In this document: positions 38,579 through 56,036 of the stretch, one piece after another | Layout of the letters: each line of letters opens with the position of its first letter | How positions within the stretch are numbered: the stretch's first letter is position 1 | NCBI RefSeq assembly: GCF_009914755.1 | Contig: NC_060928.1 | Strand: one strand, 5' to 3' | DNA length: 64,000 bases | DNA from: the human T2T-CHM13v2.0 reference genome, Homo sapiens | Made by a program: the position numbers and the translations under genes | Notes under the pieces: generated by a model | Database searches by the model: none | What the model was told of the DNA's origin: nothing | The model's input: only the letters and a program-made list of their open reading frames with translations

Positions 38579-41318
38579 GAAATTCTGTTGGGATTATTGA
38601 GAATAAATGAATCTTCAGAACTTAGATTGGAAATGGACATCTTTAAAAAATTAAATCTACCAATACATGGACATAGTATATGCCACTCTTTCAGGGTGTT
38701 TTTAAAAATTTCTATCAATAAAGTTTAACAGTTTTTCAGTAGAGGTCTTATACATCTTATGCTACATATGTTTAAAGATACTTGACATGTTAGATAATTT
38801 GAATCTTTAAAAGTATTTTCATAACTACTTCTTACTGCTATATAGAAATAAAATTGATTTTTATATTCTATTTCAATATGACCTGTAAATTCCCTAAATC
38901 TTCTTAATAATACTAATGGTTTATCTGAATTTTATTTTATATTTTCAATACAATCATTTTATTTGTGAACAGTGAAATTCACTTTTTCTCCTTTTTCTAG
39001 CTCAGTAACTTTATTTATGTTTTTCTCTCTATTTATTTATTTATTTTTTACTGCTTAGGAACTTAAAACTAAGTTAAATAGAAGTGGCAATAAAGATTAC
39101 AGTTTTCCTGATCTCAAAAGAAACAGTAATTTTTAAAATCATAGTATATTTTCTATAGAGTTTTATTTTTATGGACATATACCAGGTTAAGAAAACTTTC
39201 TTCTATTCTAGTTTGCTAAGATTTGGATTTCATAGAATATTTCTGCATGTATTGAGATAATCACATCCATTTTTAAAAATTTGTTAATGAAGGAATATCC
39301 AATATTGAAGCAACCTCATATTCCTGAAATAGACCTGAACTTGGCTGTCATGTATTATCATTTTTTATATTATTATTATATATATATTATAATTTTAAAT
39401 TTGCAAATATTTTGTTTAGAATTTTTGCATTGGGATTAAGGTTGGCCTGTACTTTTTTTTTAACTTTTCTCATCCCTATTTTATTTTTATTCAAGGTTCA
39501 TAAAACGCATGAAATGATTTGCTTTCTATTTGTTTTTCTCAAATGTTTAGTTAAATATATCAGAGACATATTCTTCATAGAAGGTTTAAAATTACAGATC
39601 CATTGTCTTCAGTAAATAACATTTCAGGTTTCCTGTATCTGTTTTGTTAGTTTTGGTAAGTTATAATTTTCTAGGAATGTGCTTAATATGTATGCACTTC
39701 AAAATAAATTTAGTTATAATGTTGATTATAATTTCCTTATTAGCTTTTTAATGACTAAAGGATATATACTGATGGCTTTTCCAAGCCTGGTACTGGATGC
39801 TTGAATGTTCACTCATTTTCTTGTCTGTCAGCCTCAGCAGGAGTTTGTCAATTTTACATTTGGCTTTTTTCTTTGTTTTTCCAATGAGTTACTTTGGCTT
39901 TGAGGACTTAAGATATATTTGTTTTTAATTTTACTATTTTCTCAATAATATTATTAATAGCTATTAATATTATTACTTTTCTGTTGGTTTTCTATCTTCT
40001 TTTTTCTAATTTTATGAGACGGATGCTTTCACTATTTCTCAGCCTTTCTAAATATATAGGTACAGTTACGAGTTTTATGTACTACTTTTGATATGTAGTG
40101 TTTTCATTTTCCATAATCTTCAAGCATTTAGGAATTGTCTAGTTATTTTTTTGTTACTAATTGCCAGCATAAATTCATTATGGTCAGAAAATAAACAGTG
40201 TATTTTAACACTTTGAAATTCTTTTAGAATTGACTTCATAGCCCAGTATATAGTCAATTTTAGAAAATGGTTTTATGTGTGCTTGCAAGGCAGCTGTATT
40301 CTGCAATTGTTCCATTATCATCTTCAAATATTCAGTTTTTCCCCAGGTCCTTTGTGATTTACTAGAGAGGAATATTAAGAGCTTCCACTCTAATTATCAA
40401 TTTTATCAATTTTACCTCTGTTAATATTTTCTTTTTTAATATTCAAGACCAATTATTAGATATTAAAAAATTGAAATGTTTAGTCTTGGTGAATTAAACT
40501 ATTATTATGAAGTGACCCTCTTCATTTCTAACGTTTTTGCCTTAATGTTGACTTTTACCAATATTAATATATCTATTTCAACTTTCTGTTTGTTACTTTC
40601 TGTACAAAAAAATGTTTTCCTAGCATTTAATTTAAATATCTATATCATTTATGTTTATATTATTAATATTTAAATATTTCCTGTATAAACATATTATAAA
40701 ATTTAATGCAATCTGACAATAAAAATACTAGAACATCAATTTCTTATATTAAATATAATTTGTTATACTAGACTTTATAGTTTGGCTTTACAATATGTTT
40801 CTCTTTGTTCTGCCTGTTCTGTTTCTTATTTCTAGTCTTCTTCTGTTTTGAAATTATTGTATTTTTTCTCTGGCTATGTTATTTTGAAGTTAAACAATCT
40901 AATTCTCTTTAGTTGTTAAGATATTACCACACACTTTTCTGACTTAAGCTAGTCAATTATTTTACCCTCCTCCCAGATAACATAAGGACTTTAGAACACA
41001 TTAACTTCCATTAGACCGTTCCAAACATGATTGTATTCTATTCTCTCTCTTTGTGTTTTTCTGCCTGAATAACTGCCTTTGACACTTTGTGACGTTAGGG
41101 GCTGTAATGGTAAATTTGCCAATTTAAAAAAAATTTCAAAATGTCTTCATTTTACCCTCATCCTTGAAAAATATCTTCTCCAGATATAGTTCAGGTTGCA
41201 ATTATTTTATTTCAGCTCTTTGAAGATATCATTTTATTACCTTTAGCTTCCATCCTTTCTCTTGATACTTCAGCTAGAAATGTAACTGCTCTTTTTTGAA
41301 ACTAATCTATTTTCTTAA

Positions 41319-41679
41319 TGCTATAGTCTGAATGTTTCCACCTATTTAAAATTCTTATGCTGAAGTCTAATCTCTAATGTGATGGTATTAAGAGGTACAG
41401 CCTTTGGGAGGTTATTGGGTCATGAATAATCCTTATAAATGGAATTAGTGTCCCTACAAAAGAGGCCCAAGAGAGCCTGTTTGCCTCTTCCATAATGTTA
41501 GGTTATAGTAAGAAGTCAATATCTACAAGTCCGGAAATGGGTCCTCATCAGACACTGAAATTGCCTGTGCTTTAATCTGGGACTTCCCAAACTCAAGAAC
41601 CATGAGAAATACTTTTTTGTTGTTCATAATCTATCCAGTTTATTGAATTTTGTTACAGCAGCCTGAAAAGACTAAAATA
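41319..41679 (+). mobile_element. MLT1A0-like solo LTR
   Basis: 'tgctatagtctgaatgtt...aatgtgatggtattaagaggt...ttgttacagcagcctgaaaagactaa'. Confidence 0.85.
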
Positions 41680-42313
41680 TTTTAATTGCTTTTTAACATT
41701 TTTGTCTTTGCCTTTTTTTCTGTACTTTTACTGTGATATGATAGATGCAGATTTCATTTACTTACTTGAGAAACAATACTTTTCACCCATAATCTCATAA
41801 AATATTTCATTACCACATTTTATTATTATTCCAGGATTCCAAGATTATCTTTCCTGTAACTTCTCTCTTTATCCTGTATGTTTCTCTCCTGTATTTTCTA
41901 ATTTTTTTGTCTCTGTTCGTCTTTGTAGTTAATTTCTTCATTTTCCCCCTAAATTTGCTGTGTTTTCTTGATTGTTTCAATCTATTGATAGTAATATTTA
42001 TTAATTCTAGAAATTCTATTTGATTCTTTTTTTCTAAGCTATTCAATCACTTTGTATACTTTTAAATCCCCTGCTTAAATTTTCAAGCCTGGCATTCATT
42101 TTTATTTCAAAATTTAAAAAGCATAGCTGTTTTATGTTCTAATTGTAAGTAACTCCAGTGTCTATATTCCTGTGTCTCTATGTCTTTTCACCTCCATCCT
42201 TCTGCTTATTTGAAAAATTACTCACTGTAATTATTTAATGATAGGATATTATTCTCTTCCTTCAGAGGTTATGCTTGACACATGAGGACACTAGCAATTC
42301 AGTTACTCCTTAA

Positions 42314-42662
<349 letters not shown>

Positions 42663-43852
42663 TAATTTTAAATTTCAAGATTTTCTGGTCCATCCAGATG
42701 ACTTCGAGACTGGTTACATAGGAAGAGTTTAGTTTCAGTTAACCTTACTCCTGGGGGTATAACGTTTTCAGTATCCATCCAAAATGGTGGGGTGACTTAG
42801 TAGATCCCTCCTTGTTGGACCCTAGGGAGCAAGACAAAGATTTTTGTTCCTTTAATCCTCTAAGGCTTCAAAAGCTGCAGCTTGGCCTCACCTCATCTTC
42901 TGGAAAGAAAAACGACCTTATTGCAAAAGGAGCTCTGAGAGTAGGGCTCACTTTACTTCTCTGGATTCCAGCCAATCGAGTCTCATTCAGGCCTCTAATT
43001 TATTATCTTATTCTTCTCTAGTAAACCTAAAAAATTTTGTTCTTAATGTGTCCAGCTTGCGAAGTTGCCTTCAGTGGGAGAGCTGATTAAAATTATCTAA
43101 CTATTCTGGAATATTTTAATTTTTCCCTTTTTGCAGAGCAATCAGGTATTTCAGGGACCCTGTAAGACGTAGGGATCTCAGCTATAGTTCTTAACTTTAT
43201 AAGACCCAAGTCCTTAACTTTAGCCTCCAAGGAATATTCGAATCCCTTCTCAGGCAGACCATTGAGTCAAGATCAGAGTCTGATGTTTCTAAGACTGTAA
43301 TGACATTATTTAGTAAATCTATCTCTCTTGCTCTAGATTCTTTCTCTATTTACTCATGGGGGAACCAACCTTCCTGCCTTCCTTCCTTTGTCCTTTCCTT
43401 TTCCTTGTTACTCAGCTCAACTTTTATTTCTGATGTTGTTTTCCAGAATGTCCGAGTTTTGTTGGGAGGAGACAGAAACTGTGATAGCTTAATTTGCCAC
43501 GTTGACAAATTCAGAAGTGTCAATTAAAAAGTCAAAAATAAAGTCCAGTACTTTAAGAAAAAAGTCAATGTTTTACATTTATATATAAATATACATATAC
43601 AAAATTATTTGTAGTTGAGCTTTTCAAGCTGCAGATAATCAACTACAAATATCTCTACGAATTGTACACATTTGTCAGATGTATATTTAGCAGTGTGCTA
43701 TCAAGAGGGAAAACTAGCATGAGTCGTTGGCTCCTTCCGTCAAAATCATCACTAGGGAAACTATAAAAGTGAAAGAAATATGTGGATTCTGGGAATTAAA
43801 ACCTGCAACGGAAACTACAATAAACCTCCAGAGACACCAAAGGTTGACATGA

Positions 43853-44157
43853 TTTGTTGTTGTTGTTGTTGTTGTTGTTACAGAGTCTAGCTCTATCGCC
43901 CAGCCTGGAATGCATTGGCCCGATCTTGGCTCACTGCAGGCTCCGCCTCCCAGGTTCACGCCATTCTGCCTCAGCCTCCCGAGTAGCTGGGACTACAGGC
44001 GCCCGCCACCATGCCCGGCTAATTTTTTTTTGTATTTTTAGTAGAGACGGAGTTTCACCATGTTAGCCAGGATGGTCTCGATCTCCTGACCTGGTGATCC
44101 GCCCGCCTGGGCTTCCCAAAGTGCTGGGATTACAGGTGTGAGCCACAGCACCCGGCC
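43853..44157 (-). mobile_element. AluY with (TTG)n tail
   Basis: 'ggttcacgccattct', 'ttagccaggatggtctcgatctcctgacc'; TSD core acatgat. Confidence 0.93.
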
Positions 44158-45029
44158 AACATGATGTTTAGAGGAAGTAGCTGTTATTGCCCCATTTAGG
44201 GGAAATGAGTGGAGGGGCACCTGCTGCAGCAGTGAGAATTCTGTCCCCTTCTCCACTGTTTTCCTATCACTTCTTTGAGATGGCATTGCCTGTGCTTTCA
44301 CTGCAACAGGTTCTACCTTGTTCAGGTGACCACGTGTAACATCAGGAATCCTCAAAAGTCCTGGAGTTCTATGTTGTTGATGAAAACTGAACCAAAAAAA
44401 AATTGTTTTCCTAGGGCATTTACTCTTCCATACTTCTCCCTCCAAATTTCCTATTATTGGTGCATTTTAACTTACAGGCACTCCCTCTTCTCAAAGCTGC
44501 TTTTTCTGAAGCACTGAATGGGGAATTTTTGAATATAGGAGTTCCCGCATGAGTGCCAACCAAAGAGAATGGTCAATAATATTTTCCTGTCCCTGGGTCT
44601 CTCTGCTTTGAACTCATTCCTTCTCTCTTTCTAAACTCAGTGCTAATACTGGGTCTAGACTTTGGCCCTTTCCTAATACATATTACCAGAACAAACAATT
44701 CATACTCTCCAGAAATATGTTCTCACAGGCCAAAATAACCAAACCCCTGTGGAGTATAATGCCCTCAGAGGAAAAACAGCAAATCTTTGGATTATCTTAA
44801 CACCTGAATAAAAATTTCTGGAATAGATGGAGTATGTGTGATACTATTTAGTTACAGGATTAATCTTTTCGTAAGTATTTTCTTTTGTGAGATAACTTCA
44901 AAGTTTAGTTTACTCATTTAGGATAGAACACTGGAGAGCAGCACATGCGGGCAGGGAGTGATAATTAGGTACAGCATCACTAAAGACATGCCTCAATACC
45001 ATCGTTTCCATAAAACTGTGTGTATAGGT

Positions 45030-45200
45030 GATAAGAATAGTTACCATGGATGGAATGCTCATTATATATCTGCCACTGTGCTAGGCAGATGGTACACATT
45101 GTTTTAATTCTTAGGTAACTATTATCTACTCAAATGAGGGACGTGAGGCTTAGGAGGTTAAATGACTTATCCAAATCCCAACTGAGAAGTGTATTTCTCA
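45030..45200 (-). mobile_element. MIR
   Basis: 'ccactgtgctaggca', 'aaatgagggacgtgaggcttaggaggttaaatgacttatccaa'. Confidence 0.7.
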
Positions 45201-45452
45201 GTTCTTAACCTGGCCAAAGAATTCCTTGGGGGAAACTGGACTATTATCTCAGGTTAAAGTTTTGTTTTTGTATAGTGAGGAAGGTTCTATTTGACTGTTA
45301 TCTTGTAGTGACAGGAAATGGAGGGGAAAGGAGAGTCTCAGACTATTGGTGTCAATGAAACAAAAGATGCGAAGTGCATATATACTTAGGACTAGTGCAT
45401 AAATATATTCACCATATATTGCCAAGCAAAGTTTCCAACCTCATCTGTGGCT

Positions 45453-45527
45453 ATATATATGTATATATATATATATGTATATACACACACACACACACAT
45501 ATATATATATACATATATATATATATT
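45453..45527. repeat. (TA)n(CA)n(TA)n microsatellite
   Basis: Seen directly. Confidence 0.95.
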
Positions 45528-47686
45528 TGAATATTCTCACTCTTTCAAACTTGCCTTCAATTCTTGTATTAACTTGTGTTAAAACACAAATTGCTCCTTG
45601 AAGTTTTCTGTGTCCCACATTCAGTTGAAGACTACAAGTCCTTTACAGTTTGTTCATGGCAGGTTGAAAACTGCAGTTACCCAGTCTAGTGCTTGGAGCA
45701 CAATAGTGGCAATGGGGGTGAGGGGAAAGTTTCAACAAACAATATAAAACTTGGAATAGTCTTGGGTAATAACTTTACATTTTATCCTTCTGGCAACGAC
45801 AAGTGATGAAGGTGGATCTTAGGAGGCAGGATGAATTCTCATCTACCTTAATCCTCTTTGACAGCATAATATGTGCTTCTAGGCTATATACAACTTATAT
45901 TACCAAAAGTTGATTTCATGCCTGAGGAAAGTATAGTGAACAATATCAAAGTTACTATGTTACTAGTTTCATATACTTTATTTAAAGAAATGTGATTGCA
46001 ATTCTTAATGCTATCAAAATCAGTTTGCAAAGTTTAAGCTTGCCTTTGCAAACTTAGACTTCTTGATGCAATAGAAATGGTTGCTTCAAGGTGGGAGGGT
46101 GCTGTAATAATAGACTGCAGTCCACTTCCAGCTGTTTGTAATTACTGTGAGTTACATCATGATTCTCATGATTAGGGCTCTATGAAATTAAACTTTTTTT
46201 AAAGGTTACATTTCAATTATACTAACATCAGTAAGGAAGCTTATGGGAAAAGAAAAACATGTAAAGTGAGAAATACCAGAATATTAATCTTAGATATTCA
46301 AGTTTTACAAAGAAATCTCTGAAGACTACATCCCTGTAACAATCTTATTCTGCCATCCTGGGGGTCTATTTGTTCTAAAACTTCAGGATTCAAAGGAAAA
46401 CATTTTTGGTAAATGTTCTCTAGCAGCTGATGTTCATGAAACAAGAAACTTAATCATTCCCATTACTTTGTTTTAGCACCAGAAATATATTACATATTAT
46501 TATAACAATCTGCCTTCTCTTTGCCATCAAGTCTTTGCTTAAATGAAACCATAAAAGTTGTATTGATAATGGCTAACGCTGTGATTAAACAGTTTGTATC
46601 AAGCTATAGATTTCCCTATAATTTTATGATTATTTCCATTTTTTATGAATACAAAGTTAGAAACAAGCAAGCCATGAAACTAGTTCCTAGATTCTAGTTT
46701 CATTGCGGAGATTGTTTTAATACAAGTTCCAAGAAAAGTACTCACACTAATTATGAACTGTTCATCTCAGTAGCCCAAACTGCAAAGTCAATTGATTAGT
46801 TTCTGCTACCTATGAAATCATTAAGATTCAAAAGCTTATATGGAGGAGAGTTAAAACATGTAACTAAAAGTGAAAATTCTCTCCAACCCTAAGAATCTCC
46901 TAGAACCAGTGGTGAAAGAAAAGCAAATGAGTAAGGTCAGTCTTCATCTTTTAGTTGGCATAGAGAGCTAAATCTACCTAGTATATTTGGCAAACTGACA
47001 ATTGTCAAGAAGTTTTCTGCTTTAGATTTAAGAATTATAATTTAAATGAATGGCAACTATAGGAAAACAAAAATATATGAAGTCCCATCCTCATTATCCT
47101 GTTTTAATATCTATCTGGACAAAATGATAACATTTGCTGCCACTGACAAAAAAGAAGAAAGGGAGAGAAAAAATATGTGTACCTTTTATATACTACTGTA
47201 ATTTGTGCTGATTGTAATGTATATAAATATAATTAAGATATATGTGTATATGTGTGCGTTTAATTGAGCTAAAAATGTATTAATTTGCTTCAGTAAAGAG
47301 ACTGAATTTGGAACAGTGCCTGCAAGGCCCTTCTTTCCTTTAATAGGTCAGGGAGGCAAGTTTAATGAGGGACATAATAGGCATTTTCACCTATGCATAT
47401 TTCAAGTGTTCGATGGCGACCCAAATCTTTGCAGTTTTTCTAGACATGAGGCATTGCTTTTGCTTCATTACACTTGTATAGAAGTATAGTTTCAGAAGCT
47501 TTCAAGTGTCTTTTCTTTCTAAGTAAACTTTACTTGATGGGTTAGAGAACCAATGTGATAATATTGCCAGCTACTAAGATCTCTCTGAGAACATCTCCGA
47601 CCAGACTGCATTTATGACTGTCATACATTTCCACTTTCACTGCTTAATCACCATAAAATCCTATGTGGCCACACATGGTTAGAGAC

Positions 47687-48148
47687 TGTGTTAGACAGAA
47701 TAATGCCTGCTTCTCAAAGTGCCCATGTTCTACTCTCCAAAACTTGTGAATATGTTAAGGAATTAATGTTTCAGACGGAATGAAAGTTGCTAATAAATGA
47801 CTTGAAATGGGAAACTTATTCTGCATTATCCAGGTGTGCTTAATGTAATCACAAAGTGATTATAACTGGAAAGGGAAGGTAGATGATTGTGTCAGAGTGA
47901 TGTGATATAAGGAACACTCTACTAGTCGTTGCTGGCTTTGAAGACGGAAACAGGCCAGGAACCAAGAAATGCAAGCATCTTCTAGAAGCTGAACAAAGCA
48001 AGGAAATAGATTATCCCCTAAAGTCCCGGAAAAGAATGTAGTCTAACCAATATCTTGCTTTTAGCCTGGTAAGGTTCGTTTTAGACTCCTGGCTTATAGA
48101 ACTGTAAACTTTTGTAATTTGTTATAGTGGCAATAGAGAACTAATACA
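47687..48148 (+). mobile_element. MLT1D-like solo LTR
   Basis: 'tgtgttagacagaataatg...gttgctggctttgaagacgga...gcaatagagaactaataca'. Confidence 0.85.
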
Positions 48149-50084
48149 TGTAGTTCTACATGTAGAACTACTAATACATGTAGCCTATGTCAATTAATCC
48201 TGAAAAGTCTAGATATTCCTCTTTCTTTAGTACACAGCTACACTGGTTAATTGCAGCAAGTTCTTCTGTGAAAGAAAGCTTAGAAGGCCTTTTGATGTTA
48301 TGGCTTGTTTCTCAAGAGTACCCACTGTCCTCTTCATTCAAGTGGCCTCGGGTCTATAAACTGACTTACAGTCTCCAGTTCTATATTTTGATGGTTTAAG
48401 TTAGGCTTTGTTCATTAGAACTATATATATTTTTTCATATATACTGAAAAATGGAACTTCTGTGAGCTTATTTAGGTTGATCTCAGGAACCAGCAAATGT
48501 GTCCACATGTCAAACAATTCTGATTACCACTCCAGCTTTGCCATCTATTTTAGTACCAGCACCTACCTTGCGTTGACAGTTAAGTGCTACTATTTGACAT
48601 CATCCCTGGACCCCAGAAACCTTATGGGAGTCATTTCAACAACAATGTCTTCCACCTTTAACTGTGGCCTACACACTGGACATCCACCATGGTGCTTTTC
48701 AAGAATGCAATAGTCTCACCAATGTAATTATTAATGACTATGTGAAGTCTTATGTAGCTTCTGTAGGGACAAAATTAAGGGTTGTTTGTGTGTGTTGTTC
48801 ATTATAAATTTATTCTGAAAACTTTATGTCACTAAAACGTTGGACTTTAAAAAAAATTGAGGTACTTCAGTTTCATTTACAATAAGCCTCCCCAAAAGTA
48901 TCAGCCAACCATCCAAACAAAAGACAGAATCCTACTTCTTGAGGTTGTATATTGAATGTAGTCTAGAAGCAGCCTGCCTCTCTCAGGCTTTTGAATTCCT
49001 TGTGTTTCTCTTAGTCATCTGTTACAACACCCACTCATTTTGCCAAAGCTTTTATTTAAGTCACCTAATTCTATGTGCTCACAGGTTTAATAAAATTCAA
49101 TATGTCTAGCATGCCATTGGTTAATAGTGCCATCTTCTAATGTTAAATGGATCCTAGTTGTATTCAAACTCAGTTGGGCAAGTACAATAATTCAAGTTTC
49201 CTCATTGCTTGATAATCAATTGCTAATTTCTTTTATTCCAAGTTGACTTTTTGGTGAGTGTTTTTATTTGCATACAATTCTAACCACTGACACCACTTTT
49301 GTAGGTAGGGATCTACCAGAAAGCATGATAGAAATTCAGGGAAGATCAGGGAATTAAGTTTTTGTGATACACAACCAAGAACAGTATGGACATAAGAAAA
49401 CATCCAACCATCATGTGATTATTTTAGACAAAATCCTTTTTGCTATTAGTATCTGCCTTGTGGGACTCATAAAAAAGAGGGAAAATGGGAAAGTCAGGAA
49501 GTACAAGAAAATCCCTGTTACAATTTTTGCAAAATAATTCAATACCTCTCCACAATGCTTATCAAAAGTGCCACTTACCATTAGCTTAGGTTACACTTTT
49601 TTTCTTCTAATTCCACATGTATTTGCTTAGTATAACCTAAGTCATTTGTGGACCCTGAGCTGCAAAAATTTCTAGAAAATATAATCAGTTTTTTTTTTTT
49701 ACTTTATCTTTTTTTAAAAGAAATAACACATATTATTTTATTTAGGGGTTGTTTGTTACAGCAACATAACCAATTGTATTCTGAATAATAGAATAGAATA
49801 TGTGCATATGCATTTATAAACACACATACATATGCACACACATTGTATGCATAGACAAACATACAAATTGGTTAGAGTGTAAACATTCCTTTGTAGTCTG
49901 TTTTGTTTTTTGGCTAAGAAATATGTGTATTATTCAAAATTTGTTTACTGAACACCTATTATGTCTTGGCAATTTTTAGGATTTTGATGCTACATCACTG
50001 AGCAAAACATTTTTAAAAGCCCATTGTCCATGGAGTTTATTTACATGGAAATTTATCCAAGTTTGTGAATATATAATTACTTTA

Positions 50085-50345
50085 TTATTATTTTAGAAAA
50101 TAATCTTAACCATTTTAAGTGTATACTTCTGTGAATTTAAATATATTAATGTTGTTGTGAAACAGATCTCCAGTACTTTTTCATCTTATAAAACTGAGAC
50201 TTTATACCCATTAAACACTCTCCTCTTCCTTCTTTCCCCAGTACCTGGTAACCCTCATTCTACTTTCTGTTTCTATAAATTTGACTACTTTAGATACTTT
50301 ATATAAAAGGAATCATATTGTGTTTGTCTTTTTGTGACTGGCATA
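50085..50345 (-). mobile_element. L1MB 3' end fragment
   Basis: 'ttaaccattttaagtgtatac...tctactttctgtttctat...tttgtctttttgtgactggc'. Confidence 0.75.
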
Positions 50346-50784
50346 CTAGGAAATATATTCTTTAACTTTAGAATCTTCAGTGTACAGCAAGACAGAGTAG
50401 GAGGCTGAGAGTTTTTGTTGGGTCAATTTGCAGTATTTTTCCACAGCTATTCTTAACGTTCCTTATTGAAAAGAGGAAGTAAAAGCAAATCCTTCCTTAA
50501 ATTAAAAAAAAAAAAAAACTGAGAGGAGCTAAAGAAGACTAACTTAGTGTGGGCTCTTCAGAAGCAACCTCTGAAAAGAAGGTTACTATAGAAGGGATGA
50601 ATTCTGAAAATTCTCATAGGTAAAATCTGAAGATTGTAATGAAAGCAGGAAAGAGCAGAGGTGTTTCGGATCAGCTTTAGCCTGATCTGGTGGGGTGTTC
50701 TTGTGTGTGATTTCATCAACACTCCATTATGAGAACAGAGCTCCTATGGTCCCATTTTAGTGAGTCATCAGCTAGATTAAGACC

Positions 50785-53510
<2,726 letters not shown>

Positions 53511-53527
53511 ATAATATATGAATATCA

Positions 53528-53700
53528 GGCCTACTGCCTATTTTTTGGAAAAAAGCCACATCCTTGGGCTCATGTATTGACTGACTGCTTTCTGGCTGCA
53601 ATGGCAGAGTTGAGTAATCGGGACAAAGACCATATGGAATGGCCACAAAGTCTAAAGTATTTACAATATGGCCTTTCACCAATGTAATTTGCTGACTTTA
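53528..53700 (+). mobile_element. MER58A hAT-Charlie MITE
   Basis: 'gcaatggcagagttgagta...aagtatttacaatatggccttt...tttgctgac'. Confidence 0.8.
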
Positions 53701-53783
53701 GTGGTAAGCTATCATTTGAAACGTTTTACCTCTTTTTAGAGGGATGGAGATTTTTAGCAATATTGATTATCTAGTTTCCAAGC

Positions 53784-55005
53784 TGTTTTACTCTATTTGT
53801 GTTGCATAAAGGAATTCTTGAGGCTCGGTAATTTATAAAGGACATTTATTGGGTTCACAGTTCTACAGGCTGCACAAGAAGCACGGCACCAGCATCCACT
53901 TATGATGAGGATATCTGGCTGCTTTCACTTATGGTAGAAGGGGAAGAGGAGCCAGCATGTACGCAAATCACATGGCAAGAGAGAAAGCAACAGACAGATA
54001 AAGTGAGAAAGACCAAGAGGAGGTGCCAGGCTCTTTTTAACAACCAGCTCTCACTCATTACAGCAAGGACTGCACCAAGCCATTCATGTGGGATCCACCC
54101 ACATGACCCAAACACCTCCCATTAAGTTCCACCTCTAACACTGGGGATCAAATTTTAACATGAGATTTGGAGGAGTGCAATATCCTTACTGTTGCATTTT
54201 GTCTCTGGCCCAAAACTTATGTTCTTCTCACATTTTTCCAGTTTTTATGCTGTTTCCCTTTTAATTATAAATACCACCTTTGGGGCATTCTTTTGTTACT
54301 AAGCATGATTGTAAGCTGTTGAAAATATCAACACCACTTCTTGAATACTCTGCTGCTTAGAAATTTCTTTTGCTGGATACTCTAGGTCCTCACTCTTAAG
54401 TTCAATCTTCCAAAACACCCTAGGGCATGGACACAGTGCAGCTAGGTTCTATGCTACCATGTAAAAATGACCACCTTTTCTCCCATTCTGCGTATGTTTC
54501 TCATCTCCATCAGAGACCTCATGAGCATGGCCTTTACTCCCCATATTTCTATCAGGTTTTTTGACACAACTACTTAACCAGTCTCTACAAAGTTTCAAAC
54601 TTTCCCTTATCCTTTCTGTCTTCTTGACTGCCAAACTCTTCCAACCTCTGCCCATAACCCAGTTCCAAAGCCAATTCTGCATTTTCAGGCATCTTTAAAG
54701 CAATGCCTCACTCCTTAGTGCCAATTTTCTGTGTTAGTTTGTGTTGCTATAAAGAAATACACAAGGCTGGGTAATTTATAAAGGAAAGGTTTATTTGGCT
54801 CAAGTTTCTGCAGGCTGCACAAAAGACATGGAGCTGCCAGCCTCTGCTTCTGGTGAGGACCTCTGGCTACTTCCAGTCATGGTAGAAGGTGAGGGGAAGC
54901 CAGCAAGTACAGACGTCACGTGGTGAGAGAGGAAGCAAGAGAGAGAGAAAGTGAAAGAGAGCAGGAGGAGTGTTGGGCTCTTTTTAACAGCCATCTCTCA
55001 AAGGA
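53784..55005 (-). mobile_element. MSTB-like MaLR provirus: LTR (53784-54196), deleted internal region (54197-54729), truncated LTR (54730 to about 55005)
   Basis: Two homologous LTRs ('gggtaatttataaagga...tttattt/gggctca', 'ggctctttttaaca') flank MST-int sequence ('aaactcttccaacctctgcccataacccagttccaaagc'). Confidence 0.85.
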
Positions 55006-55809
55006 ACAGGCAGATTTTTCGAGGATGTGTAATTCTATTATTTATCTGACCACTCGTGCCAGATAAGCATGACAGATTCCACTTCCCATACAGGTTAACT
55101 TTAATTTTGCCAGAATTCCTCAAAGAATAAGAGTTTTTGAGAAATTTAAAAAAAAATTTCAAGATAGATTTTTGGAAAGAAGAAACTAGATTTGCTAACA
55201 AATTACAAATTTATCTGTATCGGGGCATTTGCATTATAAAAAATGTAAAACTTTAAAAATCAATTTTAAAAAGGATTTTTTGTTAAATGTTATTCTTTAA
55301 TTTCAAAAAGTTTACCTTTTATGTAATCTCTTATTAATATTCACCAAATAAAATTCAAATTATTTGGACCAATAATATCGGGATAAAACTTCAATCATGA
55401 TCTTTCAGTGTTTCTGGTTACAATTAAAAATATCTACTTGTTGTAATTACGCACTAGAAATTGAAGAGCAAGTTAATCTCTTTTTTGTTTGAATTTAATT
55501 TCCTGCTAATTGATAAGACAATTGAAAATATCACAAGGCCAAAGCAGAATTTGCTTTTAAATATAGGCAATACAACTGACTAACATTCAGTACATAGAAG
55601 AGAGTTCAGTCTAGACAAATTTAGATTTCAACTCTCCTTGTATAATTTTTGTAAGGCATTGAGATGATAGTAAACCTGTGGAGTACCTATGCCTGGCATA
55701 TAGTAGGCATTCAATAATAATAATAACAATAATATTATTTTTAATTGCAGTTATTTTTATTTACCTCCAAAAGCAAGAAAACCATTACTATCATTAATAC
55801 TGCTTTTTC

Positions 55810-56036
55810 ATATATATACTTTAAGTTCTAGGGTACATGTGCACAACGTGCAGGTTTGTTACATATGTATACATGTGCCATGTTGGTGTGCTGCACCCAT
55901 TAACTCTTCATTTACATTAGGTATATCTCCTAATGCTATCCCTCCCCCCTCCCCCCACCCCACTACAGGCCCCTGTGTGTGATGTTCCCCTTCCTGTGTC
56001 CAAGAGTTCTCATTGTTCAATTCCCACCTATGAGTG
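55810..56036 (-). mobile_element. L1PA4/5-like 3' end, 5'-truncated (about 225 bp)
   Basis: 'actttaagttctagggtacatgtgcacaacgtgcagg...cccacctatgagtg'. TSD cattaatact(g/a)ctttt at 55792 and 56037. Confidence 0.93.
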
